A stretch of 64,000 bases of DNA from contig OX597842.1 of the NCBI GenBank assembly GCA_951406725.2, forward strand, positions 15,686,001-15,750,000. The letters run 5' to 3'. A program made the translations under genes and the position numbers. Source of the stretch: Octopus vulgaris. Its lineage: Eukaryota. Positions 1 through 15,224 of this stretch are shown here, one piece after another. The notes under the pieces were generated by a model that saw nothing but the letters and a program-made list of their open reading frames with translations, made no database searches and was not told where the DNA came from. Within the stretch, counting starts at the first letter, position 1. Each line of letters starts with the position of its first letter.

Positions 1-377
1 AGAAAAGGGCGTATGAAACCTCTGGTGCTAAATACACAAACTGAAGTGTTATTCAAGGCAGTTACTCAGCATCGATCTAAAGGTAAACGCCGTACACATT
101 ATACACACATGGTAATATAAATATTATACACACATGATAACAAAATCTTCCTTAGACAGAGACACGTAGTGGATTTGATGTTCCCCTTAATTACCACGAT
201 CTCATATATCTCCTATCTTAAAAGTGGACCCAGACTCACATTCACAAACATCCAAAAACAATAAAATGCATGTATAGAGAGACGGATGTACACCTTAAAT
301 TGAAGTATGGAAAGACATTACGGATTTAGGAAGATATCTTCAGTGAAATAGTATAAAAGAAGATTGATTCAACTTAC

Positions 378-449
378 AGAGTTGTTAAACTGGAGAGATT
401 TTGGAAAGTTTTTTCGTTGATTGCTTGGATATCGTTAAAACTCAAATCC
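378..449 (-). CDS. LRR exon 8 (DLSFNDIQAINEKTFQNLSSLTTL)
   Basis: 72 nt, ttccag / gtaagt, phase 2-2, no stop. Confidence 0.92.
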
Positions 450-3400
450 CTGGAAAATAAAATTGTGTCAAGAAGAACATTTATGGCAAGAAAAAGAAAA
501 AGATAATGAAGAAGAAGTAGATAATGATGATGATGATGAAGAAGAAGAAGAAAAAGGAAAAGAAGAAGGAGAAGAAGAAGAAGAAGAAGAAGAAGGAGAG
601 GAAAAAGAAGAAGGAGAAGAAGTGGAAGAGAAAGAAGAAAGAGAAGAAAAAGAAGAAGAAGAAGAAGAAGGAGGAGGAGGAGGAGGCGAGGGAGAAGAAG
701 AAGAACAAGAAGAAGAAAAAGAAGACAAAGAAGGAGAAGAGGAGCAACAAGTAGGAGATACTTCCTGAGAAGGAAACAAACACTAGTTGAGCGAAGTCCC
801 TAAATGGAAAAAATGCATGAAGGACACCATCCAAGCACCTCCCCACAACACATACACACAACTATCTTCTATAACACCAAAATTACCAACACCACCAATA
901 CCGCTGCCAGCACCACCCGCACCACACGCCATACAAATATCCCCTTCGAAATCACCTTCGTAAATTTCCCTGCAATCCACATATTGAAGCCCTAATGAAA
1001 TACATACAAAAAACTACTAACATCACACCAAAAGATCACAGCACCTAACGTTTCACCTCAAATACAAATACTCAGCATAACTAACAACGCCTTAATTTCT
1101 TGAGAAAAAACCTACCCCTTTGCGCTGGGAAATTTCCAAAGAACAATAACCAAAAGTTTATACGAAACCTGATCGTGGAAACTCCTACAACCACCGAGAA
1201 GGGTGAGAGAAAACATTCACCCTCTCCGCAGCCCAAAAAGTAAGTTGTGCATCATTTTGTTTTCCCATTTCTCTCATCATTGTTTTGCTCAAGCAAGGCA
1301 GTTTAAACGTGCGTGGACGGGGATCATTTTTCAAGTAAGGACGATTTCTAAACGACCTCAGTTCACTGGATTTGGACGGTGTAGTCATTAGTGAAGCCAG
1401 ACTGAGCGGACCACAAGTTTTCTTGCCCCTCTATGGAGGATATGAGATGTAACGATTCAGTGGCACCCGAGACAAGGCGATGAAGCTGCAATTTGGTTCC
1501 AGAAAGGTCTAGATCTAGAGATCAGTGCAGTCTTTGCGGACCCAGACGGCAACTCGTCGTCCTTTATGGGAATGGTAATGATGGTGATGCTTTCAGACTG
1601 GTCGCTGTCTATGCACCAACAAATGTTGGACATTAAGATTATTTCAGGCGTCCGGAAGCTTTTTTGGGAATGTTGCGTAGTTTAGTATTAGTAGGCGATT
1701 TCACAGAATCCTAAGATGCACGAATGGATTGTGAGGGGTCAAATGATAGAAGTGGAAACAAATGCCTCACAAACCTGCTCAGACGTTTCCAGCTGTCTGA
1801 CAAGTATCGCGCCCTCTTCAGAGTTACTGACGCACCCCCTGCCCCAGGGGACGCGCTCCTAGGTTAAGAACCACTGATCTCATGGTAAACAACATACATG
1901 ATATAGACACTGAATTACACACTAATTTTTATACACTCCCATTCACTCATCCATACACCGAGACAGGTATTTATATATAAACACAGGTATGCATTAAATA
2001 TGCCTCCTCAAGTGTCACACTGATATATATATATACCAACTATCAGAAATGCTACCACACTCACAGTCACAATCATTCGCAAACATCCCTTTAGAGAGAG
2101 AGAGAGAGAGAGGGGGGATACTTTAGATATAGAGGGCTGAGGAAGCTTAAGAGGATGGATGAGAATATATTAAATATTTAGAAACCTATCGGCAATGAAA
2201 TCCTGTGAACAAGACATATAGATTTGCTTACACTGTTAATGAATGATGTTGATGATGATGAGGATGATATCGAAATTGATGTTGTTGATGATCGATACAG
2301 ATAACAATGACGACACTAAAGTGATCAGGACGATAACAAAAAAATCGCTAATAATAATGGCGGCGAGGAGGAGGAAGTGAATTAATAGAAGAAGAAGAAG
2401 ATGGAGCAGAGGAAGAAGAGGAAAAAGAAGGAGGAGGATGAGAACGATGACAACAACAACAACAAGTTAAGACTATGTTGAAGCATCAGTGTATGAATAA
2501 AATAGTTCTAAATATACAAGCACAAAGAATATTCAAAGATGTTATTTAACGTCAACCTAGATGTATTCATCGTACATAATATACACACCGTATTACAAAC
2601 ACACGTGTTAATACGCTGCCATACACTCATTCATACACAGACATTACATATGCATGCACTAAATATTTCTCCTCAAGTATCACACTCGCATATATCTCAA
2701 ATCTCAGAAATGGGCCCACACTCACATACACACAGATTGAGAAGCAATAAAATACATCTTTAGAAAGACGGATGTCGGAGCCCTAAATGGAAGGATGGGA
2801 AAATATTACAGATTTACAAGTATATCATCAAGGAAATACTATAAAAGGAAACAGATTCAACTTACAGTTCTGTTAAACTGGACAGATTTTGGAATGTTCC
2901 TACTTTTATTTCTTGGATATTATTATCCCTCAAATTCCTGGAACATAAAATTGAGAAGAAAAGAAATTTACGTAACCGATTTGACAGAATGTTAAAGAGA
3001 ATGGCAAATCAATTCGATGATAGAAGAGATGGAAATCAGATTGCGAACGTGAGGAGCTGGTAATGATGGTGATGATAATGTTAGTGAGGTGGTATTGATA
3101 TAAATAATAATGAGTCAGGGAAGAAAATTTGGTGGTAGTGATGATGAGAAAATTATGATGTTGATGATGGGGGTAACGGTGTTGATGTTAATTATTCTAA
3201 TATTGATGGGGATTGCTATGTTTCTTCTTCTGATGAGGATGATGTCTGCGGTGGAGTTTCTCTTGGCGATGATGATGATGATGTTGAAATTTGTTAATAG
3301 TGGTGGCGATGAAGATGATAGTGTTGAAGATCCTCTGGATCTGATAGGAGTAATTTGCGAAAATAAATGATATTGATGATGATAAGGGCAATGATGAATT

Positions 3401-6400
3401 CGGCGATGGTTATTATTGAGGAGGGTGTGGAAGAGGAAGAAATGAAGAAGATGGTGGGCGGGGAAGTCAGAGATGAATATAAAGATGAAACAAAGGAGAT
3501 GAAAATATTATGAGACTTCATAACAAGGATCTTATGATGCAGATGATGGGGAGATGATGTTCATTTTCATTCTTATGATAACGATGCGGATTCGCAGCAT
3601 TTGTTGTGATGATGGATATGTCTAGAAGAAGAAGAAGAAGAAGAAGAAGAAGAAGAAGAAGAAGAAGAAAGAAGAAGAAGAAGAAGAAGAAGAAGAAGAA
3701 GAAAGAACAAGGAGAAGAAGATGAAGAAGGAGAAGAAGAAGAAGAAGAAGAAAGTAAGAAGAAAATGATGATGATGATAATGATGATGATGAAGAAGAAG
3801 AAGAAGAAGAGAAGAAGAAGAAAGAAGAAGAAGGAGAAGAAAAAGAAGAAGAAGAGGAAGAAGGAGAAGAAGAAAGTAAGAAGAAGAGGAGGAAGAAGAA
3901 GAAGGAGAAGAAGAAGAAAGAAGAAGAAGAAAGAAGAAGAATAAAGAAGAAGAAGAAGAAGAAGAAGAAGAAGAAGGAGAAGAAGAAGAAGAAAAGGAAG
4001 AAGAAGAACAACAACATCAAACGCAATAAGTTGGAGATGTGTTCAGAAAAGGGCGTATGAAACCTCTGGTGCTAAATACACAAACTGAAGTGTTATTCAA
4101 GGCAGTTACTCAGCATCGATCTAAAGGTAAACGCCGTACACATTATACACACATGCTAATATAATATTATACACACATGATAACAAACTCGTCCTTAGAC
4201 AGAGACACGTAGTGGATTTGATGTTCCCCTTAATTACCACGATCTCATATATCTCCTATCTTAAAAGTGGACCCAGACTCACATTCACAAACATCAAAAA
4301 ACAATAAATTGCATGTATAGAGAGACGGATGTAGACATTAATTTGAAGTATGGAAAGACATTACGATTTAGGAAGATATCTTCAGTGAAAAACTATAAAA
4401 GAAGATTGATTCAACTTACAGAGTTTTTAAACTGGAGAGATTTTGGAAAGTTTTTTCGTTGATTGCTTGGATATCGTTAAAACTCAAATCCCTGGAAAAT
4501 AAAATTGTGTCAAGAAGAACATTTATGGTAAGAAAAAGAAAAAGATAATGAAGAAGAAGTAGATAATGATGATGATGATGAAGAAGAAGAAGAAGAAAAA
4601 GAAAAAGAAGAAGGAGAGAAGAAGAAGAAGAAGAAGAAGAAGAAGGAGAAGAAAAAGAAGAAGGAGAAGAAGTGGAAGAAAAAGAAGGAGAAGAAAAAGA
4701 AGAAGAAGAAGAAGAAGAAGAAGGAGGAGGAGGAGGCGAGGGAGAAGAAGAAGGAGAAGAAGAAGAAAAAGAAGACAAAGAAGGAGAAGAGGAGCAACAA
4801 GTAGGAGATACTTCCTGAGAAGGAAACAAACACTAGTTGAGCGAAGTCCCTAAATGGAAAAAATGCATGAAGGACACCATCCAAGCACCTCCCCACAACA
4901 CATACACACAACTATCTTCTATAACACCAAAATTACCAACACCACCAATACCGCTGCCAGCACCACCCGCACCACACGCCATACAAATATCCCCTTCGAA
5001 ATCACCTTCGTAAATTTCCCTGCAATCCACATATTGAAGCCCTAATGAAATACATACAAAAAACTACCAACATCACACCAAACGATCACAGCACCTAACG
5101 TTTCACCTCAAATACAAATACTCAGCATAACTAACAACGCCTTAATTTCTTGAGAAAAAACCTACCCCTTTGCGCTGGGAAATTTCCAAAGAACAATAAC
5201 CAAAAGTTTATACGAAACCTGATCGTGGAAACTCCTACAACCACCGAGAAGGGTGAGAGAAACCATTCACCCTCTCCGCAGCCCAAAAAGTAAGTTGTGC
5301 ATCTTTTTGTTTTCCCATTTCTCTCATCATTGTTTTGCTCAAGCAAGGCAGTTTAAACGTGCGTGGACGGGGATCATTTTTCAAGTAAGGACGTTTTCTA
5401 AACGACCTCAGTTCACTGGATTTGGACGGTGTAGTCATTAGTGAAGCCAGACTGACCGGACCACAAGTTTTCTTGCCCCCTCTATGGAGGATATGAGATG
5501 TTACGTTTCAGTGGCACCCGAGACAAGGCGATGAAGCTGCAATTTGGTTCCAGAAAGGTCTAGATCTAGAGATCAGTGCAGTCTTTGCGGACCCAGACGG
5601 CAATCTCGTCGTCCTTTATGTGAATGGTACTGATGGTGATGCTTTCAGACTGGTCGCTGTCTATGCACCAACAAATGTTGGACATTAAGATTATTTCAGG
5701 CGTCCGGATGCTTTTTTGGGAATGTTGCGTACTTTAGTATTAGTAGGCGATTTCACAGAATCCTAAGATGCACGAATGGATTGTGAGGGGTCAAATGATA
5801 GAAGTGGAAACAAATGCCTCACAAACCTGCTCAGACGTTTCCAGCTGTCTGACAGGTATCGCGCCCTCTTCAGAGTTACTGACGCACCCCCTGCCCCAGG
5901 GGACGCGCTCCTAGGTTAAGAACCACTGATCTCATGGTAAACAACGTACATGATATAGACACTGAATTACACACTAATTTTTATACACTCCCATTCACTC
6001 ATCCATACACCGAGACAGGTATTTATATATAAACACAGGTATGCATTAACTATGCCTCCTCAAGTGTCACACAGATATATATATATATACCAACTGTCAG
6101 AAATGCTACCACACTCACAGTAACAATCATTCGCATATATCCCCTATCTTAAAAGTGGACCCAGACTTACATTCACAAACATCCAAAAACAATAAAATGC
6201 ATGTATAGAGAGACGGATGTACACCTTAAATTGAAGTATGGAAAGACATTACGCATTTAGGAAGATATCTTCAGTGAAATAGTATAAAAGAAGATTGATT
6301 CAACTTACAGAGTTTTTAAACTGGAGAGACTTTGGAAAGTGTTTTCGTTGATTGCTTGGATATCGTTATAACTCAAATCCCTGGTGAATAAAATTAAATC

Positions 6401-6582
6401 AAGAAGAACATTTATGGTAAGAAAAAGAAAAAGATGATGAGGAAGAAGTAGATAATGATGATGATGATGATGATGAAGAAGAACAAGAAGAAAAAGAAGA
6501 AGAAGAAGAAGAAGAAGGAAAAGAAGAAGGAGGGGAAGTACAAGAAGATGAAGAAGAATAAGAAGGAGGAGGAGGCGAGGGA

Positions 6583-6614
<32 letters not shown>

Positions 6615-9600
6615 AGAACAAGAAGAAAAAGAAGGGAAAGAAGGAGAAGAGGAGCAACAAGTAGGAGATACTTCCAGAGAAGGAAACAAACACTAGTGGA
6701 GCGAAATCCCGACATGGAAAAAATGCATGAAGGACACCATCCAAGCACCTCCCCACAACACATACACACAACTATCCTCTATAACACAAACATTACCATC
6801 ACCACCAATACCGCTGCCAGCACCACCCGCCATACAAATATCCCCTTCTAAATCACCTTCGTAAATTTCCCTGCAATCCACATATTGAAGCCCTAATGAA
6901 ATACATACATAAAACTACCAACATCACACCAAAAGTTCACAGCACCTAACGCTTCACCTCAAATACAAATACTCAGCATGAGTAACAACGCCTTAATTTC
7001 TTGAAAAAAAAATCTACCCCTTTGCGCTGGGAAATTTCCAAAGAACAATAACCAAAGGTTTATATGAAACCTGATCGTGGAAACTCCTACAACCATCGAG
7101 AAGCGTGGGAGAAACCATTCACCCTCGCAGCAGCCCAAAAAGTAAGTTGTGCATCATTTTGTTTTCCCATTTCTCTCATCATTGTTTTGCTCAAGCAAGG
7201 CAGTTTAAACGTGCGTGGACGGGGATCATTTTTCAAGTAAGGACGTTTTCTAAACGACCTCCGTTCACGGGATTTGGACGGTGTAGTCATTAGTGAAGCC
7301 AGACTGACCGGACCACAAGTTTTCTTGCCCTTCTATGGAGGATATGAGATGTAACGATTCAGTGGCACCCGAAACAAGGCGATGAAACTGCAATTTGGTT
7401 GCAGAAAGGTCTAGATCTAGAGATCAGTGTAGTCTTTGCGGACCCAGACGGCAATCTCGTCGTCCTTTATGTGAATGGTACTGATGGTGATGCTTTCAGA
7501 CTGGTCGCTGTCTATGCACCAACAAATGTTGGACAGTCAGATTATTTCAGGCGTCCGGAAGCTCTTTTGGGAATGTTGCGTACTTTAGTATTAGTAAGCG
7601 ATTTCAACAGAATCCTAAGATGCACGAATGGATTGTGAGGTGTCAAATGATAGAAGTGGAAACAAATGCCTCACAAACCTGCTCAGACGTTTCCAGCTGT
7701 CTGACGGGTATCGACAGGATTTCCCGAATGTGCCAATGTGGTCTTGGGCCAACCGCGTCGGGTCATCCAGGTCATATTTAGGTAAGGTTTTCATTACGAC
7801 AACGGAGAAGGGTAATATAAGTTGTCTACTTTTCCAAATCGTCAGCTATACCGTCCGCAAATTTGTGATATCTGATTTAATTTAGATTTCATAGATTTCC
7901 AGTTACTGAAAGCTGAACACGTCATACCTAGCATTCTAAGCTTACAGTGACCGGATTACAGAATTATTTATGCGGGCTTTGACAGGCGCAATTGTTAACA
8001 AGGCCTGGGGGTAGGCCCTAAAATAGCGGTTAATGCAAAATCAGATTTAGCAAGGCTTCCGTGCAAGAAATGAATGTTATACAGGGTGAGTTAGTTAAAT
8101 CCTTAAAATTGACCTTAAGGGTAAGCAGTGCAACTGATATGCTGACTGCGAGATTGGCCATTGACGAGCACTTCAGGGATAAGCACGAAGGGTGCATTAT
8201 CAGTGCTTTGAGATAGGGGGATCTAACGCTGCTCAACAGGCCCGGGTGATAGAGGCACAACGTGACAAGAAAGCTACCATTCAATCCCTGATTGACCAAA
8301 GTAGGTGTTTGGGATGAGTGCTTGGCCAAAACGTAGGTTGAATTTCTCCGATTTCCTACCGCGACTCCTGGGCAGCGAAACTGCGATGGGCTGATAACAG
8401 CTACAAAGTTAAGGGATTCTTTGACGGGCTGCACGAGGAATAAGTCGCCTAGTTTGGATGGCCTTACCTATGAACGTTATTATAGAATTCCAGATTTGAT
8501 TTAAGGCATTTTGGCAGATATCTACGACAACAAGCAACGAAATGGGAGAATTTCTAGCTCTGTGAGCCGAGGGACTCTGATACTCTATCGTCCCTTTCGA
8601 ACACGCGTGTTTTTTGTGCTCGTGAGTTTTGGATTTTTCTTGTGTCTTCAAACATGTATAATTTAGTTTGAACATTTAAAGTCTATAAAAGGGAACCTGC
8701 TTGAAGGGGGAGGTTTCCTGGACTATACGTATCGCCCTTTGGTGACGAATTTCTATCCTCTTTTGTATACTGTGAGTTTGATTTATGGCACTCGTTTTTT
8801 TATTCTTCTAAACATTGCCTCACGCCCTGGAGAAAGTAACACCCTCTCCCTCAATGCGAACAAGAGGAAAGATGTAAAAGTGTCGGCAAATGAAATCACG
8901 GCGGAGGAAATTCGAACGTCACTACAGCCAGCAAATCAATTGATACTAGCGAAATAAAGAAACATAAATTCGACAGTCACGGTTTCGCTTCCGTAGCAAA
9001 ACTCTACCAAGAAACAGTCAACATAAATATGGATGATATTTTAAAAATCAAAAATCTAATCGAAAGAAAAGGAACAAATGTCACAATGACCCCCACCCCA
9101 CCCCATGTGATATCACACAACCCACTCCATGAAGAGCTGTCACCTTCAAAAAGCTAATTCTAAATGACAAAGTTAGGTTTCCCTCCATAGTGATTCTAAA
9201 GACTGTAGTTCTCCTGCCGACCAACATCGGTCGGTGAGTTACTTACATTAACTTAAAAGTAAACTTTCCCAACGCGGTAGGCAACTTCCAAACAAACCTA
9301 AACAAACAGCTTTATAGAAGTCTGATCGTGGAAGCATTCACAGCCAGCCACTGGAGAGAAGAAAAAACATATTCACCCTCCCCTCAGCTAAAACCATATG
9401 TAACTATTCGTCCCGTTTTTTCCCCATTTTCATCCATCATGGTCTTGCTCAAGTTCAGTAGTTTAAATGTACGTGGCCTGGATCGCACTGGAAGCAAGGA
9501 AACCAATAGCAAAACAAGTCTGACAGGGCTGCAAACTTTCATGCCTCTCTACGATGGATACAAGATCTACGCGTCTCTGCGCCAGCCGAGAGGGAGTGGT

Positions 9601-12600
9601 GGAGCTGCGGTTCTGTTCCGGAAATCTCTGTATCTAGAGATCAGGGCAGTCTTTGTGGACCCAGAATACAAGCTGGTTATCCTCGATGTGAATGGCAGTG
9701 ACGGTTGTGCCTTCACACTAGTCGCTGCACCAACAGATGTTGGACAATCAGATTATCTTAAGCGCCTGGAGATCTTTCTAGGAACGTCTGGAAGTTTAGT
9801 ATTAGTTGGTGACATTAACATCGTCCTAGATGCACGTGTGGATAGTGTAGGGTCAAGAAATAAGAGAAGAGGAAACGAATGCCTCGTAAATCTGCATAGA
9901 CATTTTTTTGACAGGCATCGACTGGATTACCCGAATGTGCCAATGTGGGCTTGGACCAACCGCATCGAGTCTTCCATATAATATCTCGATAATTTTCATT
10001 AGGTTAGAAGATAAGTATAGCATCAGTTAGGTTTAGCGAGGCTTTAGCGTTAGAAAAAACAGATAAGAGGATGATTTATTTTGAACCTTATAAGAGGCGT
10101 TAAGGGTAGGCATTGCAACTGATGTGCTGGCAGCGTGATTGTCCCTCGACCAACACGTCAATACTAAGCACGAGGTTGCATTGTCAGAGATCAGGCACGT
10201 GCTATGAAACATGAGGGATCGGTGGGCCCGGGTGGTAGAGGCGCAGCGTAACTGCAAAGCCACTATTCGGTCTTTAGTTGACGAAAATGGGTGCATGATA
10301 GATGAACCCAGCCGGATGTGTACGACATTTCAGTAGGACATCGCCCAATTGGGACGAGAGGATGGCCAAAACGCAGCATGGACTTCACGGAATTCCTTGT
10401 TGGCCTTCCACGACTCTTGGCGATAAAAGCCACAGAGGTATGGGATAACTTTGCTGGCTGCACGGTGTGCAAGTCGTCGGTTGTGGATAGTATTTCGTAT
10501 GACAGTTATTATAGTATGCATGCCAGACCTGTTTGAATTCATTTTGGCAGATAACTACGGCAACTGGTAACAGAATGGGAAAATTCCTAACTCTGTGAGC
10601 CTAGGTTTGTGGTACTGCTAAAAAAAGACCCAAACAAGGAGGTTGTAATTAATAACTTTAGGCCCGTCACTCTGCTAAATGCAGATTTTAAGATTTTGAG
10701 TTAAGTTTTAGTGAAGTTTGGCGTTTGTCGTCGAGTAACTGTTTGGGGATGCGCAAACCTACGCCATCCCAAACAGGATTGTCCACGACAAACTCCACCC
10801 CGTACGCTACACTATAACAGGACGGTAAAGGAACCTGGCATGGGAGGTGCACTGATCAATTTAAATTAACAGAAATCCCTAGATAGGGCAGTTATCGGTA
10901 TTTGGTGGCAATTCTCATTGCTATCGGCTTGGGTCTAGTATTTTCGGGCTAGATCACGGCAATTTTCTGTGACATTCGGTCAGTGGTTCGGGTGAACGGT
11001 CTCCTATAATGCGCTCGGTCCACCAAGGATGCTCACTCTTCTCTCTACTTTATGTATTGAGTCTGGAACCATTACTGCAGAAACTGGAGGCCTTGAGGAG
11101 CATGCCGTATGAACTAGGGTGCAGGAGATCTGTCTCGTCATATGCGGATGATGTCACAATCATAGTTGTGAACGACAACCACTTGCACATTTTTGTTTAT
11201 GTCGGAAAAGAATAGGTGGTGATAGGAACAAAAGTAAACCCAGAATTGGCACCTGGAGAGGCAGATTGATGACGTCTAGCAACGTCGTCTGACGATTGAC
11301 GAACGGCTCAGTGAAATTGCTCGGCGTCTGATTCGGTCCGAACGTCCAGGTAGAGAAGAACTGGGACGAGGTAGCGGACAGGGTAGCCAATAACACCCAG
11401 AAATGGGCTGAAAAAAAGCACTCCCTGAAAGGACGGGCAGAAGTATCGAATATATACATCGCATCCGTCCTCTTCTACCTCCTGGCCGTCGTTCCTTGCC
11501 TTAATTCGGGCCTGAACAAACTGGAACAGTTATTTTTGCGCTTACTGTGGAAAGAACACTGCCCGCAGGCCAGGCGCTCTATCTACTGCCAACAGTCACT
11601 GAATGGAGGGCTGGGAATGCCGTGGCTAAAGATGCGCAGACACGTGCTGAGGCTGCGACATCTCCAGCTTTACCTTGACGATGAGTAGATGTAGTCACCC
11701 TTTCTCAGACTCGCTTTCCCACAGGTCGTCTCTTTCGACGAGCAGAACCCATGGATCAGTGGAGGTTCCACCTTGGCTTTCTATGGACATTTAGTAGCTA
11801 ATATGTGCGATGTTATTCTCAGGGAGACTGCGTCGACGATAATGACTCGTTAGTCTGTTCCGGAGGATTTTCGGGCCAGGCTCCATGGATAACAACCATA
11901 AATTCCTGGCCTGACGGTGCTACCGGAGGGCACTACCTGTTGATATAAACTATACAGGCACAAAAGGCGGACCAGCCCATGATGCAAACCAAGTGTTGAG
12001 ACTTTTCTACACGCGCTCGTCCAGTGCCTAAAATTATCTGAATTGTGGTTTATGTTGAATACCTGCCGTCGCATTTTGGACGATCACAGATGTCAACTGA
12101 GTCCATTATAAATATTGCTTCACCGTTTTCCTTTAACCGGGAAAGGCGGGCGGTTTTTCCCTGTCTAGTGGATATCGCACTGGAAGGAGGGGTAAACATT
12201 GCATGAATAAATGGGCCTGACTCGAGCATATATATCTAGGCATTTTGTCCTAATTTTGAGGTTGTTTCGTGACTTGTGGGGTTTCCACGACCAACTCAAG
12301 AAACCTCCCCCTTTTGGTGAATTACTGTTGCTGAATATTTCTACATAATCTTTTAAAATCTTTTACTATTGTTAATTTTTTCGTACACGACTTTCATGTA
12401 TGTCCCCACCCGTATGTCCTCTACTGTTCCTCTATGTTGAGTTCTCAATGGCTGAAAAAAAACGTATTTCTTGCTGAACGGACTTGCTTATTTGCGCTCG
12501 GGAGGTTTTAATTTTCACTTTCACCAACTTTGTGAATATTTTGGACCTTTTAAGTCTTTAAAACTGAACCTACTTGACAGGGGAAGTTTCTTTGACCGTA

Positions 12601-15148
12601 CAAATTCGCCGTTTTGGGGGTGAATCTCAATCTGGAATTCAATCGTGTATTGGTTTAACTTTAAAACACAAACATGGCCTCCGGTTACGCAGAAAGCAAC
12701 GACCTCCACCCACCAAATTTGGCAGTACGAAAGAATGTTTCCCACTCTTCCTTGTCACAAACAAGAAGAAATTAAAATGTTGCAAATGAAAACACGAGCA
12801 ACACCACATAGACAAGTTTTCAATGCCACCGCTACCACCACCAGTAACAGAATTGAACCCAGCGAAGAAAATAAGCAAAATAAATGCAACAGTCGCAGTT
12901 TCGCCGCTGTCGTGAAAGTCAATCAAGAGACAATATAAACGTTGGCAATTTATAGAAATATAAATGATTAATACAAAGAAACGGTAGAAATGTCTTATTA
13001 ACACCACCATCCTTTTGATATTATAGAAGAACAGTTCGCAAACCTTACTCCTACAAGACTCTAACGATGAAAATAAATGAACAGGTTACAAAGGAAAAAG
13101 TTGGAAAATGTTTGCAACCAGTCTAGAACAAGATCGCATACATGGCAAGGGGAAGAACATATGACCCTGTCGAAGTGAGGTCCACCACGGAAGACGAAGC
13201 AAGGAATACCCCACAGTACCTCTAAAGACAGAGGAACAAGTGCTCTTACCGACTTACCTTGGTCGGTGATTTTCCAAAATAAAAATTGGTTAATTACCCC
13301 CATAATTCGACATTTTTGGTTAGTGGCGTCCGTCCTAATTGACAATGAAGTTAAAGCTGAGACTCTTCAAATACACAATTTACACTATCGTAATTGGTGG
13401 GGTCAAGGATCTTAGCTGTTAATTCAAGTAGACTATCAAACGCTCGGAATAATACCAGATCTCATCCACTTACCGGAAGGCGCAAAGCTGCATTTATCGG
13501 TGAAGGGTCGTAAACCAATTTGCTATCTCTGCGGCAGAGGGACCACCTCAGAAACTTTTGCCCGGAGTGATCAGTTGGGAAACTTATCCTTCCACCAAAA
13601 CCATTATCGCAGCATCACCAACAATAGCAGAGGTAAACTACAGTAGAAGCAACACCACCTCCACTCAAAACAACAACGTCAACACAATGTATAGAAGATA
13701 CAACAAAAATAATAGAAGAGAAAACAACAACGAAAAACAAACCAGAAAGAGCAACAGCAACAGCAACAGCAACATGACCAATGGGAAGAATAGCAAACAC
13801 AGCAAAAGCAACAGGACTGGCTGTGGAAAACACAGCAGAAACCACAACAACGGAACAAAAGAAAAATCAACAACAAAAAAATCTCAAAAATAAACCCTAA
13901 AAGGAACACCAAGAGAGACCGACCCAAGAGAGTTATCCCTTCACGAGTTTGATTTGTAAATATGGAAAAAGATAAAAACGGACAGAGTGAAAAGAAGTTC
14001 CACAAAGAAAGAAGACGAAAGATGGACACAACCACAGCACCTCTTCACAACAGAGACACTATCACACAACCTCTACCCATAACACCCACATTACCAACAC
14101 CACCAATACCACTCCCAGCATCACACACAGAACAGAAACCAACATTAGAAAGCATAATGAACCTTACTGAAATAAACACAAAAAATACACATACAAGAAC
14201 ACAGCGACGACATTACCGCAAGAAATGTTCTTTGTGCACCACCCAAAGAACCACTACACATACAGATCCTCAGTGTTTCAAATAACACGTTCATTGACAT
14301 ACAAGAAAGGTATCCCAATGCGGTGGGCAAATTTCAGAAAACTATAAGTAAAACTCTTCACATAAATCTGACCGTGAAAGAAGCCACAACCAGCCTGAGG
14401 AGTGAGAAAACCACTCACCCTCCCTTCAGTCAAAACAGTAAGTAGTTTTCGTTTTTTGGCGGGGTATAAATGTTGCAAGAAGAGCTCGAATGAATGGTTC
14501 TGACTTGAACATAATTTTTCTAAACAAAGACATAGATTTTTGCCCTACAGATCAGGCATCTCTCTGGCTTGTGTGGTTTCCACGACCAGCCCAGGAAACT
14601 TACCCCTTTTAGGGAATTACTGCTGTCAGCATTTTACTATTCTTAATGTTTTTCTACACACTTTTATGTATGATGCTAACCGTATGTCCCGTATAATCTG
14701 TCTATGCTGAGCCCTTGTGGCTAATAAAGAAAAAATATTCTTGACCTACTCCACAGACGATTTGTTTATAGTAATCAAATGTTTGTGTACACATAAGCGT
14801 ACTCCCTCCATGAAATCGATATTACCTGTTCAGGTGCACCGTATGCCACATGTCAGATGACGAAATGATCGCAGAGCAATGTGAAATGAAGTGCTTTGCT
14901 CTTGAACACAACGCAACGCCCGGCCTGAGAATCGAAGCCTTAATCACTATGCCATGCACGTTCATACACACACACACACACACACACGTGTATACTACGG
15001 GTTTCTTCCAGTTTCCGTCTACCAAATCCACTCATATGGCTTTGATCACCCCATCAACCTAAGGTTATAGCAAAGACACTTTTTAATGTGCCACCCACGT
15101 ATGTGGTTGGGAAGCAGAGTTCTTACCACTCAGCCACGCCAACGCTTC

Positions 15149-15224
<76 letters not shown>

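Larger units (their letters stand above)
1..7690. repeat. Tandem duplications carrying LRR exons 5-8 (1-2090 ~ 4045-6140, offset ~4.04 kb; 210-1810 ~ 6145-7700, ~1.89 kb unit)
   Basis: agaaaagggcgtatgaaacc at 1 and 4045; same ORFs repeated (783/4833/6693; 1185/5235/7087). Confidence 0.95.

Noticed and set aside
463-861. Poly-E/K/S/F ORFs here and at 3606-4026, 4416-4911, 6305-6771, 23189-24615
   Set aside because: Translations of GAA/GAT tracts; only the terminal 72 nt of some overlap real LRR exons
1-7690. CRISPR-like or satellite array interpretation of the repeats
   Set aside because: Units are kilobase-scale duplications with eukaryotic introns and TEs, not short repeat-spacer arrays
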